Origin: Anthoceros angustus
Taxonomy: Eukaryota > Plantae > Anthocerotophyta
DNA length: 64,000 nucleotides
NCBI GenBank assembly: GCA_010909165.1
Contig: MU008172.1
Location: 124,001-188,000 of the forward strand
Direction: 5' to 3'
Shown here: piece after piece, positions 12,290-24,588 of the stretch
How positions within the stretch are numbered: position 1 is the first letter of the stretch
Layout of the letters: the number at the start of each line of letters is the position of its first letter
The notes under the pieces: generated by a model
What the model saw: only the letters and a program-made list of their open reading frames with translations
Told to the model about the DNA's origin: nothing
Database searches by the model: none
Program-made: the position numbers and the translations under genes

Positions 12290-13130
12290 AGCACATGCAT
12301 CCTTCACGCGAAGTGAGCGTGAAGGCAGTGGGACAAGATGCTGTGAGAGGGAATCTCCAGGCCACGCGTTTCTTCCATGCCTTGAGCTACCACGGAATTG
12401 CGCTTCCCATATATCTGTCAGCTGGGAACAAATTACACCGCCTGCGCTTGATGGTTTTGTCGCCTTTCGTTGTTCTGTACACCCTTTGGACAGTTCCAAG
12501 CTTTGCGGCCCCTGGGCAACGATCGAGACTTGCTTGCCCTGCTGCAATCTAATGGTCAGCTCTCCTGAATGGCCCTAAAACGAACACCAGCGCTCAACAG
12601 GTTGGGTGGGACATGGAGTTACATCCAGATGGTTGGTTGGCTGCAGTTGTTCAGTGATCAGACGATCGGTTTGGTTGTCGGTACAGGTGGCATGCTCGAC
12701 GGACAGAAACGTGAAGACCTTGGAAGTAATTCCAAATGTTGCGATGTGCAAGATTTGGACAAGATGCTGTGAGAGGAAGCCTCCAGGCCACGCGTTTTTA
12801 ATTCCATTTCTTGAGCTGCCACAGAATTGCGCTTCCCAGAGATACGTCAGCCACCGCCTGCAGGCACTAAAAGGTTCGGTGACCTTGGGGCCCATGGGCA
12901 ACGATCCAGGCCCGCCTGGTACAACATATTTGTCAGCTGGACTAAATGGCTCTTTGTGGCTCTAAAAGGGACCCCAAAGCTCAACTGGTGGTGGGGTAGG
13001 ACATAGAGTTATATCCAGATGGTTGGTTGGTGCAGTTGATGTTGAGTGATGAGACGAGGACTTGGTTGTTGCTGCCATGGTTGGTGGACAAAAACGTGAA
13101 GACCTTGGAGGTTTCTCCAAATGTTGAGAT
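12290..13130 (-). repeat. Degenerate two-unit tandem repeat (about 400-430 bp) with coding-like remnants
   Basis: 12322-12420 resembles 12755-12850, and 12612-12745 resembles 13003-13130. Both units give WEAQFxGSS..NAWPG..LSQHLV and TFGxTSKVFTFLS on the minus strand. Confidence 0.6.
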
Positions 13131-13195
13131 GGGTAGGAGAGCATTGAATCATTGTACAAGAGACTCAATCTGAGGCATGAATGAATGAATGCGTG

Positions 13196-14933
13196 TTATC
13201 TTGAGGCCTGCAAGCGTGCAGACTTGGAAGCTGGTTGCAGTTGTGGGCAGAGACTGGTGCCGTCCCCAGGCGGCTGCTTCCGGATGCGTTCAGTTGTGGG
13301 CGGTAACGGTGGCTGCCATTCAACCACTTCCCGGCCCTCATGATCAGCTGCTGCTTTTTGGTCTTGGAAGTCGAAGGTCCGGAGATCGAGGATGAGCTGG
13401 TCGAGCAGGTCGGTGGTGACGTGATCCATGGCGACGATGTGGCTCACTGCGTGGCCGTGGTTGTAGTCGTTGGAGAGCGAGAACTTGGTAATGGTCTGCT
13501 TCACGGGCCGCTTGACGGTGAGCGCCAGCGGCGTGTGATGCACCCACCAACAGGTCCTGCCCGAGCTCCGCTCCAGCTCCCGCAGCCTGCGCTCCGCGTA
13601 ATCCACCACGGCTACCGCGGTGAGCGCCTTGCGGGTGAGGTCCACGATGGAGTGGCGGGCGTAGTACACCCACAGCGCCAGTGCCGCGGACAGCCCTTTG
13701 CGGGAGCCGCACGGGTTGTTGTGCCCGCTCACCAGCACGGAGCTGATGAATAGCAGGCGGAAGTCGAAGTCGGGACCCCGGCGATGGATCAGCCCGGCGC
13801 TGTGCGCGGCTTTGATGAGAGGCATGTAGGCCGCGCCCAGCGCGCCGTCGACGTCGAACCAGAATTCGCGGCGCGTGCCGCTCCCCACCCTGCGCTCGTG
13901 CATGCCGTGCTGCTCGCACGTCGTCGAAGGCGCCCTTGAAGCCGTAGTTGAAGCAGACTACGATCGGGATGGAAACACTGGCGTCCACGTTGATGCAGCC
14001 GTTGCGGTCGGAGGGCACCTCCAGGGGCCCGCCCCGGGAGCGGGCACTCGGCCCGGAACCGCGCCATGCCCGGCTGGTGGAACGTCTGGATCTGCACGAT
14101 GGACATCACCTTGGCCAGGGAGTAGTGCGTGTCTGCGGAGTAGAAAGCCACCGGGGGGAGGCCGTGGCTGCTGCTGCTGCTGCTGCTGCACTGCTGCACT
14201 GCTGGCGCTGCCATCATCGCTCGAGGTGGGCTCGTGCAGCAGCGTCTTCCCCCCAAGGTAGTCCCTCGCGTTCCACATGGCGTACAGGTTCCGCTCTGTG
14301 GCGCCCATGGTGAGGGAGCCCCAGTAGGAGTCGCCGTCCTCGCGCGTGTTCGGCCACCGCGCATTCCACAGGGACGCGAAGTAGTCCAACACCGCCCGCT
14401 CCATGAATTTGCTGTTCACCGTGTACAGGCTCAGCGCGAAGGGGTCTCCCACGTTGTTCACCTGCGGCCAGGAGTCCACATTTACCATCAGCACATGTTG
14501 CCCATGCTGCGTTGCAGGGGGCCGGGGGAATTCCAGATGTAGCAGCAGCGGCAGGAAAGAAATCTCGCAGCTATTGCTTGGCCTGGCCTGGCTGGCCATG
14601 GGTGAGAAATGTGGAATATTACATGCATGTCGAGAAGAGCAGCGTCTGGCTGGTCTGGAAGCCCAGTAAACGGCTCCGTTGGCTGGTGATGTAGGTGTGG
14701 GCCTTGCGCATAGCCTCCGAGGACTGCTCGCCCGTCAGGCCGTCGGGCCGCATCGCCAGCTGGAATGTTTCGTAGCCGGCGTTGAGGCCCGGGACCTCGG
14801 GTAGATGCTTCCTGGGTCGCACATCGGGGCTCACTTTGGAGCTCAACACCGACGACCCTTTGAGCGCCTGCTGGATCTCCTCCAGGCTGAGCACCCGTGT
14901 CCCCTGGGCCTTGCTACTGCTGCCGCTCATCAT
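13196..14933 (-). pseudogene. Group II PLP-dependent decarboxylase (histidine/serine/valine decarboxylase-like) pseudogene, copy 1, full length
   Basis: Motifs across frames: RLLGFQTSQ, VNNVGDPF, ERAVLDYFASLWNARWP, SYWG..TMGATERNLYAMWNARDYL, PVAFYSADTHYSLAK, FKGAFDDV, FWFDVDGALGAAYMP, SSVLVSGH, GSR, SHIVAMDHVTTDLLDQLILDL. It has an in-frame TAA, frameshifts and no PLP Lys. Confidence 0.88.
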
Positions 14934-15024
14934 ACCCACTGTATGCTTGGCTGCTGTCTGTTGCTTCTGCCTATAGATCTGTTGTTGCTGATGCTGCTTC
15001 TTCCTAGTCTGCTGCTGCTGCTCC

Positions 15025-16384
15025 TGCAGCCTGCGCTCCGCGTAATCCACCACGGCTACCGCGGTGAGCGCCTTGCGGGTGAGGTCCACGATGGAGTGGC
15101 GGGCGTAGTACACCCACAGCGCCAGTGCCGCGGACAGCCCTTTGCGGGAGCCGCACGGGTTGTTGTGCCCGCTCACCAGCACGGAGCTGATGAATAGCAG
15201 GCGGAAGTCGAAGTCGGGACCCCGGCGATGGATCAGCCCGGCGCTGTGCGCGGCTTTGATGAGAGGCATGTAGGCCGCGCCCAGCGCGCCGTCGACGTCG
15301 AACCAGAATTCGCGGCGCGTGCCGCTCCCCACCCTGCGCTCGTGCATGCCGTGCTGCTCGCACGTCGTCGAAGGCGCCCTTGAAGGTGGTGCCGTAGTTG
15401 AAGCAGACTACGATCGGGATGGAAACACTGGCGTCCACGTTGATGCAGCCGTTGCGGTCGGAGGGCACCTCCAGGGGCCCGCCCACCCCGGGAGCGGGCA
15501 CTCGGCCCGGAACCGCGCCATGCCCGGCTGGTGGAACGTCTGGATCTGCACGATGGACATCACCTTGGCCAGGGAGTAGTGCGTGTCTGCGGAGTAGAAA
15601 GCCACCGGGGGGAGGCCGTGGCTGCTGCTGCTGCTGCTGCTGCACTGCTGCACTGCTGGCGCTGCCATCATCGCTCGAGGTGCTCGTGCAGCAGCGTCTT
15701 CCCCAAGGTAGTCCCTCGCGTTCCACATGGCGTACAGGTTCCGCTCTGTGGCGCCCATGGTGAGGAGCCCCAGTAGGAGTCGCCGTCCTCGCGCGTGTTC
15801 GGCCACCGCGCATTCCACAGGGACGCGAAGTAGTCCAACACCGCCCGCTCCATGAATTTGCTGTTCACCGTGTACAGGCTCAGCGCGAAGGGGTCTCCCA
15901 CGTTGTTCACCTGCGGCCAGGAGTCCACATTTACCATCAGCACATGTTGCCCATGCTGCGTTGCAGGGGCCGGGGAATTCAGATGTAGCAGCAGCGGCAG
16001 GAAAGAAATCTCGCAGCTATTGCTTGGCCTGGCCTGGCTGGCCATGGGTGAGAAATGTGGAATATTACATGCATGTCGAGAAGAGCAGCGTCTGGCTGGT
16101 CTGGAAGCCCAGTAAACGGCTCCGTTGGCTGGTGATGTAGGTGTGGGCCTTGCGCATAGCCTCCGAGGACTGCTCGCCCGTCAGGCCGTCGGGCCGCATC
16201 GCCAGCTGGAATGTTTCGTAGCCGGCGTTGAGGCCCGGGACCTCGGGGTAGATGCTTCCTGGGTCGCACATCGGGGGGCTCACTTTGGAGCTCAACACCG
16301 ACGACCCTTTGAGCGCCTGCTGGATCTCCTCCAGGCTGAGCACCCCGTGTCCCCCTGGGCCTTGCTACTGCTGCCGCTCATCAT
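15025..16384 (-). pseudogene. PLP-dependent decarboxylase pseudogene, copy 2, 3'-truncated tandem duplicate
   Basis: Near-identical to 13581-14933 at an offset of about 1.45 kb. It ends at YAERRL and runs into the 5' leader of copy 1. Confidence 0.88.
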
Positions 16385-16682
16385 ACCCACTGTATGCTTG
16401 GCTGCTGTCTGTTGCTTCTGCCTATAGATCTGTTGTTGCTGATGCTGCTTCTTCCTAGTCTGCTGCTGCTGCTCCCTGACGATACATGATGTTGCGCCGG
16501 AGCGCTCCACTTTAACCTTGTCCCCACAGGCGGCGGAAGTATCCAAGTGTGTCTGGCGGCCCAACGACATTCACGCGTAAAGCCGGTCGACAGTGCAGAG
16601 ATGTTCTCATATTGCAGACGCCATGGCGCTCTGGGCGCGTGCGATCCACTTGCTACCAACCACAGGCTTGGAAGCTTCACAA

Positions 16683-16770
16683 CTTTACCCGAATCGGGGA
16701 AAAAAAATACCTTTACCCGAATTGGGAAAAAAACACCTTCACCCGAATTGGGGAAAAAAACCTTTACCTG
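16683..16770 (+). repeat. Short tandem repeat of CCTTTACCCGAATTGGGAAAAAA (about 27 bp, 3.5 copies); second copy at about 18593-18676
   Basis: Direct inspection of the sequence. Confidence 0.8.
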
Positions 16771-17630
16771 TATTAACCGCTTACACGGACGTGTCGCTCC
16801 AGTGTGACAAAGAGAGCACAGTAGAAAAAGAAAATTTTATTTAAGTCCACTAAGGACGAATTTCCGTAGTGGGACTTGGCACTTAACAACTTGTACCATG
16901 GTATGCTTAAGCTACTTGCACCAAGGCATCCACTCCCTTCAGGCACCCCATCTAAGTATCAATTTAAGTTCAAGATGCTTAATCATGACATGTGCAAGGC
17001 ATCCACTCCCTTGAGGCTCCGTATCTAAGTACCGATCTAAGTTCAGGATGCTTAATCACGACGTTCCTATAAATGGACACGACATTTGGACACATTTATA
17101 AGAACGTTGTAGAGCATTGCAGGGTGTCATTGTGACCGGCCGTTTCCAGCACCCAAGGTTTTTGTCCGGACAGGGACCGGTGGTTTTCTGTTAATAACCT
17201 GTTTACGATGTCCATTTAAAGTTATTTTTAAGCATTCATTAATCTAAACTATGGACCGTAACACGGCACGGCCTGGACCGGCCATCCCGTGAACCACCGA
17301 TCGGCTATGTTCAACACAGTCTCGTCCGACAATCGTCCCCGCGGACTTGAGGGAGGAGAATGGCAAGAGGCAGATGCTCATGTGTGCTGCATAGGGCTGG
17401 CTCTAAGCTCAGAGGGGCTGACGTACAGCGCTCACCCTCTGCTTCTTGTTGCAAAGCTGCACAGGTTGGGATCCGGAATAGCTATAACTGAAGCACAGCT
17501 GCCTATAGCTAACCGTGAGGAGACATTTTGTAATGGTCTGGGCTGTAAGCCGGTTCAGCAAGGAAGGATTTTCGGTCATGGGTGCTCAACATGGCCAGAA
17601 GCGGAAGCAGTTCGATGAATTTGAGCCCCG

Positions 17631-17975
17631 GTGTTGGCTGCTCTGCTCGTGTTTGCAGCTCTCATGGTGAGTCCGGCGGCCGACGAGTACCCGCTTCAGG
17701 ATTTCTGTAGGAGCTCAACCCAGCCCTGCAGACCTGAATCCTGTGGTGAACGGATTTGCTTGCAAGCCCGTGGCGGTGTCACACCAGGTTTTCTGGCCCA
17801 GTTCCCGGCCTCAACACACTGGGCCTGGCCAGGATCGACTACGCCAAGGGCGCGGGCTCAACCCTTGTCACGCAACACCCTCTTCAGCAGACCATTAACA
17901 AGGGCGACTTGTTCGTGTTCCCGAGGGGCCTCTTGCTTTTCCAGAAGAATGTGGGCAACGCTAACGCGCCGGCGT
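17631..17975 (+). pseudogene. Germin-like (cupin) protein pseudogene, copy 1
   Basis: Signal peptide, DEYPLQDFC, VNGFACKP, FPGLNTLGLARIDYAKG, INKGDLFVFPRGLLLFQKNVGN. Germin box 1 (PHTHPRATE) is deleted and there are frameshifts. Confidence 0.85.
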
Positions 17976-19537
17976 CCCATGTGCTGGCAGACGTTCGGTT
18001 TCAACCAGAACCAAGTGATGCTACTCCACAAGAAGCAGAAGAAGCAGTGCGCTTGTCCAATTGATGATGAAATTTATGCTCGTCCAATTTTTCGTCCAAT
18101 TCACATGTTTAATATCCACAACCCGCTGGCCAGCGCCAGCCATCGACTGCATTGCACGATGAGATCCTCTGTCGACACCAAAGTAGCAGCAGTCGACCTG
18201 TTGATTTGGTTAATGAGCAGTGTTAGATACATGTTACATGTTTGAAGAGATGTGGGGGCATGTGTGCTAGAGCTCAGCTTGCAAGCCGCTGCATCATACC
18301 CACTGTATGCTTGGCTGCTGTCTGTTGCTTCTGCCTATAGATCTGTTGTTGCTGATGCTGCTTCTTCCTAGTCTGCTGCTGCTGCCCTGACGATACATGA
18401 TGTTGCGCCGGAGCGCTCCACTTTAACCTTGTCCCCACAGGCGGCGGAAGTATCCAAGTGTGTCTGGCGGCCCAACGACATTCACGCGTAAAGCCGGTCG
18501 ACAGCAGAGAGATGTTCTCATATTGCAGACGCCATGGCGCTCTGGGCGCGTGCGATCCACTTGCTACCAACCACAGGCTTGGAAGCTTCACAACTTTACC
18601 TGAATCGGGGAAAAAATACCTTTACCCGAATTGGGAAAAAACACCTTCACCCGAATTGGGAAAAAACCTTTACCTGTATTAACCGCTTACACGGACGTGT
18701 CGCTCCAGTGTGACAAAGAGCACAGTAGAAAAGAAAATTTTATTTAAGTCCACTAAGGACGAATTTCCGTAGTGGACTTGGCACTTAACAACTTGTACCA
18801 TGGTATGCTTAAGCTACTTGCACCAAGGCATCCACTCCCTTCAGGCACCCCATCTAAGTATCAATTTAAGTTCAAGATGCTTAATCATGACATGTGCAAG
18901 GCATCCACTCCCTTGAGGCTCCGTATCTAAGTACCGATCTAAGTTCAGGATGCTTAATCACGACGTTCCTATAAATGGACACGACATTTGGACACATTTA
19001 TAAGAACGTTGTAGAGCATTGCAGGGTGTCATTGTGACCGGCCGTTTCCAGCACCCAAGGTTTTTGTCCGGACAGGGACCGGTGGTTTTCTGTTAATAAC
19101 CTGTTTACGATGTCCATTTAAAGTTATTTTTAAGCATTCATTAATCTAAACTATGGACCGTAACACGGCACGGCCTGGACCGGCCATCCCGTGAACCACC
19201 GATCGGCTATGTTCAACACAGTCTCGTCCGACAATCGTCCCCGCGGACTTGAGGGAGGAGAATGGCAAGAGGCAGATGCTCATGTGTGCTGCATAGGGCT
19301 GGCTCTAAGCTCAGAGGGGCTGACGTACAGCGCTCACCCTCTGCTTCTTGTTGCAAAGCTGCACAGGTTGGGATCCGGAATAGCTATAACTGAAGCACAG
19401 CTGCCTATAGCTAACCGTGAGGAGACATTTTGTAATGGTCTGGGCTGTAAGAAGCCGGTTCAGCAAGGAAGGATTTTCGGTCATGGGTGCTCAACATGGC
19501 CAGAAGCGGAAGCAGTTCGATGAATTTGAGCCCCCGG

Positions 19538-19885
19538 TGTTGGCTGCTCTGCTCGTGTTTGCAGCTCTCATGGTGAGTCCGGCGGCCGACGAGTACCCGC
19601 TTCAGGATTTCTGTAGGGAGCTCAACCCAGCCCTGCAGACTCCGAATCCTGTGGTGAACGGATTTGCTTGCAAGCCCGTGGCGGTGTCACACCAGGTTTT
19701 CTGGCCCAGTTCCCGGGCCTCAACACACTGGGCCTGGCCAGGATCGACTACGCCAAGGGCGCGGGCTCAACCCTTGTCACGCAACACCCTCTTTCAGCAG
19801 ACCATTAACAAGGGCGACTTGTTCGTGTTCCCGAGGGGCCTCTTGCTTTTCCAGAAGAATGTGGGCAACGCTAACGCGCCGGCGT
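19538..19885 (+). pseudogene. Germin-like protein pseudogene, copy 2
   Basis: Same sequence and same internal deletions as copy 1, with different single-base indels. Confidence 0.85.
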
Positions 19886-20393
19886 CCCATGTGCTGGCAG
19901 ACGTTCGGTTTCAACCAGAACCAAGTGATGCTACTCCACAAGAAGCAGAAGAAGCAGTGCGCTTGTCCAATTGATGATGAAATTTATGCTCGTCCAATTT
20001 TTTCGTCCAATTCACATGTTTAATATCCACAACCCGCTGGCCAGCGCCAGCCATCGACTGCATTGCACGATGAGATCCTCTGTCGACACCAAAGTAGCAG
20101 CAGTCGACCTGTTGATTTGGTTAATGAGCAGTGTTAGATACATGTTACATGTTTGAAGAGATGTGGGGGCATGTGTGCTAGAGCTCAGCTTGCAAGCCGC
20201 TGCAACTCTTTATAGCCTTGCGGAGCGAGTGATTGCTCATCAATATCAAGGCCTTCAAGAAAGCTTATTTCATCCATATCCCATGTTGCAAAAGAGGTTT
20301 GATTGTCACACATAGGAGCATATAAAGGAGCCGTTGACAAATAACGCTTGTCTTCGCGCTTGGGGCCAAGGTGGGGAGGGGGTTCTCATCTCT

Positions 20394-20632
20394 GGAGTGA
20401 GTCTTTGAGCCCATTGTCCCGGGGGGGTTACTTATCTCAGGAGTGAGTCTTTGAGCCCATTGTCCCGCAGCCAAAAGTTCGGAAAAAGAGCCATACGGCT
20501 TTGGAGGCCTATCCACAAAAAGAGCCATATATATGGCTTTGGGGCAAGCTCCCGAGTCTTTGAGCCCATTGTCCCGCAGCCAAAAGTTCGGAAAAAGAGC
20601 CATACGGCTTTGGAGGCCTATCCACAAAAAAG
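20394..20632 (+). repeat. Nested direct repeats (GAGTCTTTGAGCCCATTGTCCCG x3; an 80-bp block x2)
   Basis: Copies start at about 20398, 20444 and 20554. Confidence 0.8.
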
Positions 20633-21399
20633 GACAACGTATGGAGACCCATTTGACTTTTGGACAACGCAATGGGATTTGGTTATAATCCAATGGGATG
20701 TGGTTAGAATCCAATGTCCTGGTAATCCCACTTTGATATATTATTGAAGAAAAGTGGGATATCGACAACATATCGACAGCAAAGAGCGAATAAATGAAGA
20801 AGAAGGCTCTTTGACTAGCAATTGGCCACCAGTTCATGTGCAGCTGAGCGTGCAATTCGTGGATGTGGCAAACGTTGTTATTCAGTTCAAGGATGAACTA
20901 AATTCAAGGATGAACTTAATTGTATGTCTTATTGAGGAAAAAAAACCATAGGGAAAAACCCATCCAACATGGGATAACAAAGGTGGATCCCGACGGTCAA
21001 GGTGAAAAGGAGCGACTAAGTTTCTCATCTAAAGTTATTTATTGCTCCTAGAATAGCATATGCCGGAAGAACAAATAGCATATAGCCAGTCACTTGTCGT
21101 CGCCACCTTATGAAGGATTGCCGTCGAGAGGGCCCTTTGAAGGGCAAATGGAGACTCGATATCTCAAGTAACCTTTGAAATAATAAAGGGACAACTTTGC
21201 GCCATGCCTGCGGGCGTGGTAGGATTTGGCATATAAATTTATCGAAGTCCGCAACCACCCCGCTTGCATCCCGATATACTTTCTGACCTTGAGAGCCGCA
21301 GCACCGGCAGCAGCCTTCGATGTCGATGGTGTTTTTTCCATCTCTTTTCTTTCTACATAAAGTCCACCTCAATCTGAACTTAAGGTTTACTTGAAGTTC

Positions 21400-21610
21400 A
21401 TACCGATATTTTTAACCTATTATTTTAACTTTCATACTCAAGTTACCTCGGTTGGTACTTTTAACCTAATATTTTAACTTTCTTGTTGAAGTTACCTCAA
21501 CTTAAAGGTTGGTTCTTTTAATGTAATTTTTTTTTCTTGCTCAAATTACTTCAATTTAATGTTGCTACTTTTAACCTATTGTTTTAATTTTCTTGCTCAA
21601 ATTACCTGGA
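21400..21610 (+). repeat. AT-rich degenerate tandem repeat (about 45-55 bp, about 4 units)
   Basis: Recurring TTTTAACCTA...TTTTAA(C/T)TTTC...AA(G/A)TTACCTC units. Confidence 0.6.
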
Positions 21611-24468
21611 CTTAAGGTCCATGTAGCAACCTGTAGTGTTGGTGCTCACCTCATGATGGCTTTTCTACACTACACTATAACCTCTTAAATCTTAGATGCA
21701 ACATGACGCACCCGAGCCATCGGCATTGTCTAGACACTACCTAGAATTCTTTAGGTAAGCCAATTCCACAACCCTAAACTTAAGAAGATAGAAGCAGCAT
21801 GAAGGAATTGGTTTCTAACAAAAAAAAACGGCATAAACAAAATAAGCAGCACGAAGTTCTAATGTAAGGATTATGAACTACACATTATCGGAATGGGGGC
21901 AGCTATGATTTGTGAGGCAATCAACTGGTCTATGTATGCTTCCTCCTCGGGTTTAATGGAAAGTAGGTTCACCCTAATACGATATGTAGTTACCTTATTA
22001 GTAGTTACCAAACTCTAACCGACTTTATGCTTGAACATATAATTCGATTTCTTTATTGACAGTTCTTCAATTGTTATTATAGCTTGCTTCCTTGCCCATG
22101 CACACCTGCTCTCGTTCCCCGTCTCGCAATGCTCAATCTGATACCGGACAAATTCCATAAAGCGATAAGGTTGATGAGGTTGACAAATCCGGTAATGCTC
22201 GATATGACATCGGACTAGTCTGATAAAGCGATAGGGTTGGTGAGGCTGACAAATCCGATTACATAGAAATAAATATGCTATTAGGGTAAAAAATATTTGG
22301 CACATTTTAGTTTGTTAGTCCGATGCTGATCATAGCTCAACAGATCAACCAAACCAATCCCAAATCCGACGATGTCCCAAGAACATAAACTGACCAAATA
22401 TCTATTAAAAAACTAGTATAAAGTAACCTAGGATGTAAAATAACTAACTATTAACTTAAAATAGTTTCTCCTCGGGCGAGGCGACAGATTTGGGCCTAAC
22501 GGATGGGGTTTCCGTTTCTCCTCAGGCGACAGAATTGGCCCATCCTTCACGATGTTAGGTCTCCCTGGAGGCTCGAGCAACAGAAATGAGCGCCCGCACT
22601 CGAGGCTGATAACAGTTCGGTGAGCCAGCACAGCAATTGACCTAGAGATCCATGAGGCAGGCAAGCACATTGCCCATGCACCCTATCTAGCAATTCTGGT
22701 TGGAGTCAAGGCTCGCTAGAGCAAAGCCTTGGGTCTGTTCTTTTCCCAGCTGTGCTCGGACTGTCCCGAAGCACGGCCAATCCCGAGCAGCGTCCCGGGG
22801 CCCGCCCTGGATGCCATAATTCTGTTCCCAACTGGACACCATTGTTGCACACCAGGACGGGAGGAACTTGAAGTTGGTTCACCTCCAAAGCCAGCCCCTT
22901 CAGCTAAGATGCATAGCGAGGAAGGCTGTGATGAGTGCTACTACGGCATACGCAGCGATCCAGAGCAGCCCTTGGCACAGGAGGCACCCACAACTCACGT
23001 TGCGAGCCATCACCTGCAGGATTGGAGCAGAAGCTACATCAGCACCGGTCCCTGCACTTCTCCAAGCAGAGGCACACCAGATCGGGAGGGGGTGGCGCAG
23101 AAACCCTATTTGCGCGCTGCGGAAATTGCGGCGCCCAATGTCATCCAGCTACCAGTGCGATCGCTGTGAAACTTCCCCACACTTTGAAGCAGCGCAGCTG
23201 CCATGCGGGCCAGAGGGGGCGGAGCAAGCATTGTAGTCCGAATGAGCACAGAGGCAGGCGAAAGCTGCTGTACATGGCGAAAGCTGTTGCTATATGCAGC
23301 GGCACCCAACTGGATAACGAGAACGAGGCGCAGGAATCGAGCCTCGATGACCTCATCAGCCTCGTACGAGCCTATGAGAAAAACGCACGCGGAACCTACC
23401 ACTTGCCGGAGCCCAAGGCCTGCTGACGCCAAATCCTGGCTCCTGCCTAGCTCTCAGATTGGGCTGGACGCTGCTCCAATTGCAGCTGCCAGTGCATATG
23501 TGAGGTGACATGAGAGTAATTTTTATCAGCGGGGCTGACATGCGCGAGTAATTTTTATCGGCGAGATCAGCAAGAGGGTAGCTATGGGAGAAGTTGAAGA
23601 AAATCTATTCTAGTCCACTATTTTCCGTCATGGGCAGGGGCTCCTGCTGTGCTGCTTGGCAACTATGTAAATAAAGCCGCCTGCTGTGCTGCTTGGCAAC
23701 TATGTAAATCCCCAGTTTGTATGTGTGAGGTGGCTGTTTGGCAACTGTGTAAATCCCCAGATGCATGTGTGAGGTGACATGAGAGAGTAATTTGTATCAG
23801 CGGGATCCCAGGTTGCATGACTGTGGAGCTCATCCTCTTCTCTGAAGTGAGCTCCACTTTGCGAAAGCTGCAGTACGGACGGATCTGAATTCATGTCCTG
23901 TCATCCCATCACTGTGCTAACGCTGTCCACGTACATTCAATCTTGATACATCAGCGGAAGGTAGCGAAACTAGCTAGTGTTACTGCAACGCCAAAATTTG
24001 CTGTGGTTCGCCAACTGGACAAACTCTCCTAGTCCTGGTTGCTGCCGCATGCGCTCATAACTTGGAAGCTAGTAAAGGATTTGAACTGCCTTTAGCACTC
24101 AGGGGAGTTTCCACCCTGGCTTATGGTCGAGGCATGGACATGTACAAGGCGTACAGAAAGGTATCTCTGGTCGACAGAAAACCGCCACATAGGAAGAAGT
24201 CAAGGAGGAGTCCGGTCTGAATTAACAGTTGCAACAGAAGGTTCACTGAAAGGGCTACATCTCTTTCCCTCCGGATCCCTCGTAACCTAGCGGACTTGGC
24301 ACACTACTACTCTTCCTACCCGTAATTCGTACAGTTCGTGACGCTTGTTTCTCGGTATGCACTGAACTAGCTACATAACTCGGACCATCTTTGGACCACA
24401 GGTCGGACGCCTCTCCCGAGCAAAATTGCAACCTAGAGAAATAGTGTAGCATCTGAAGTGTACTAGCA

Positions 24469-24540
24469 TCCGTTGTAGTCTAGACGATTCATAGATGGTT
24501 CTCACCTGAGCGACACGGGATCAAATCCTCGACAACGGAG
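24469..24540 (+). tRNA. tRNA-Glu(CTC) pseudogene
   Basis: 72 nt with a perfect acceptor stem TCCGTTG/CAACGGA plus discriminator G. The 5' end TCCGTTGTAGTCTAG matches plant tRNA-Glu, and the anticodon loop is TT-CTC-AC. The D arm, anticodon stem and T arm (ATCAAAT) are degenerate. Confidence 0.75.
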
Positions 24541-24588
24541 TGTCAGCACCACATCTTTGATCGCGACTTAAAAACGTCGGTGACACCG

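Larger units (their letters stand above)
16381..20204. repeat. Tandem duplication, about 1.91 kb x2 (16381-18293 and 18294-20204)
   Basis: The two units match base for base except for scattered 1-3 nt indels. Each contains the decarboxylase upstream region and the germin pseudogene. Confidence 0.95.

Noticed and set aside
14900-15024. Poly-Gln 'domain' (QQQQTRKKQHQQQQ) fused to the decarboxylase in ORF 14619-15347
   Set aside because: It is the 5' leader of copy 1 read through from the duplication junction, not a real domain.
20815-20870. Weak hAT dimerisation-like peptide QLATSSCAAERA
   Set aside because: Too short, with no TIR, TSD or other transposase motif found.
22729-23508. Overlapping 100-160 aa plus-strand ORFs
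   Set aside because: No recognisable domain and no consistent exon structure, so I cannot support a gene call.
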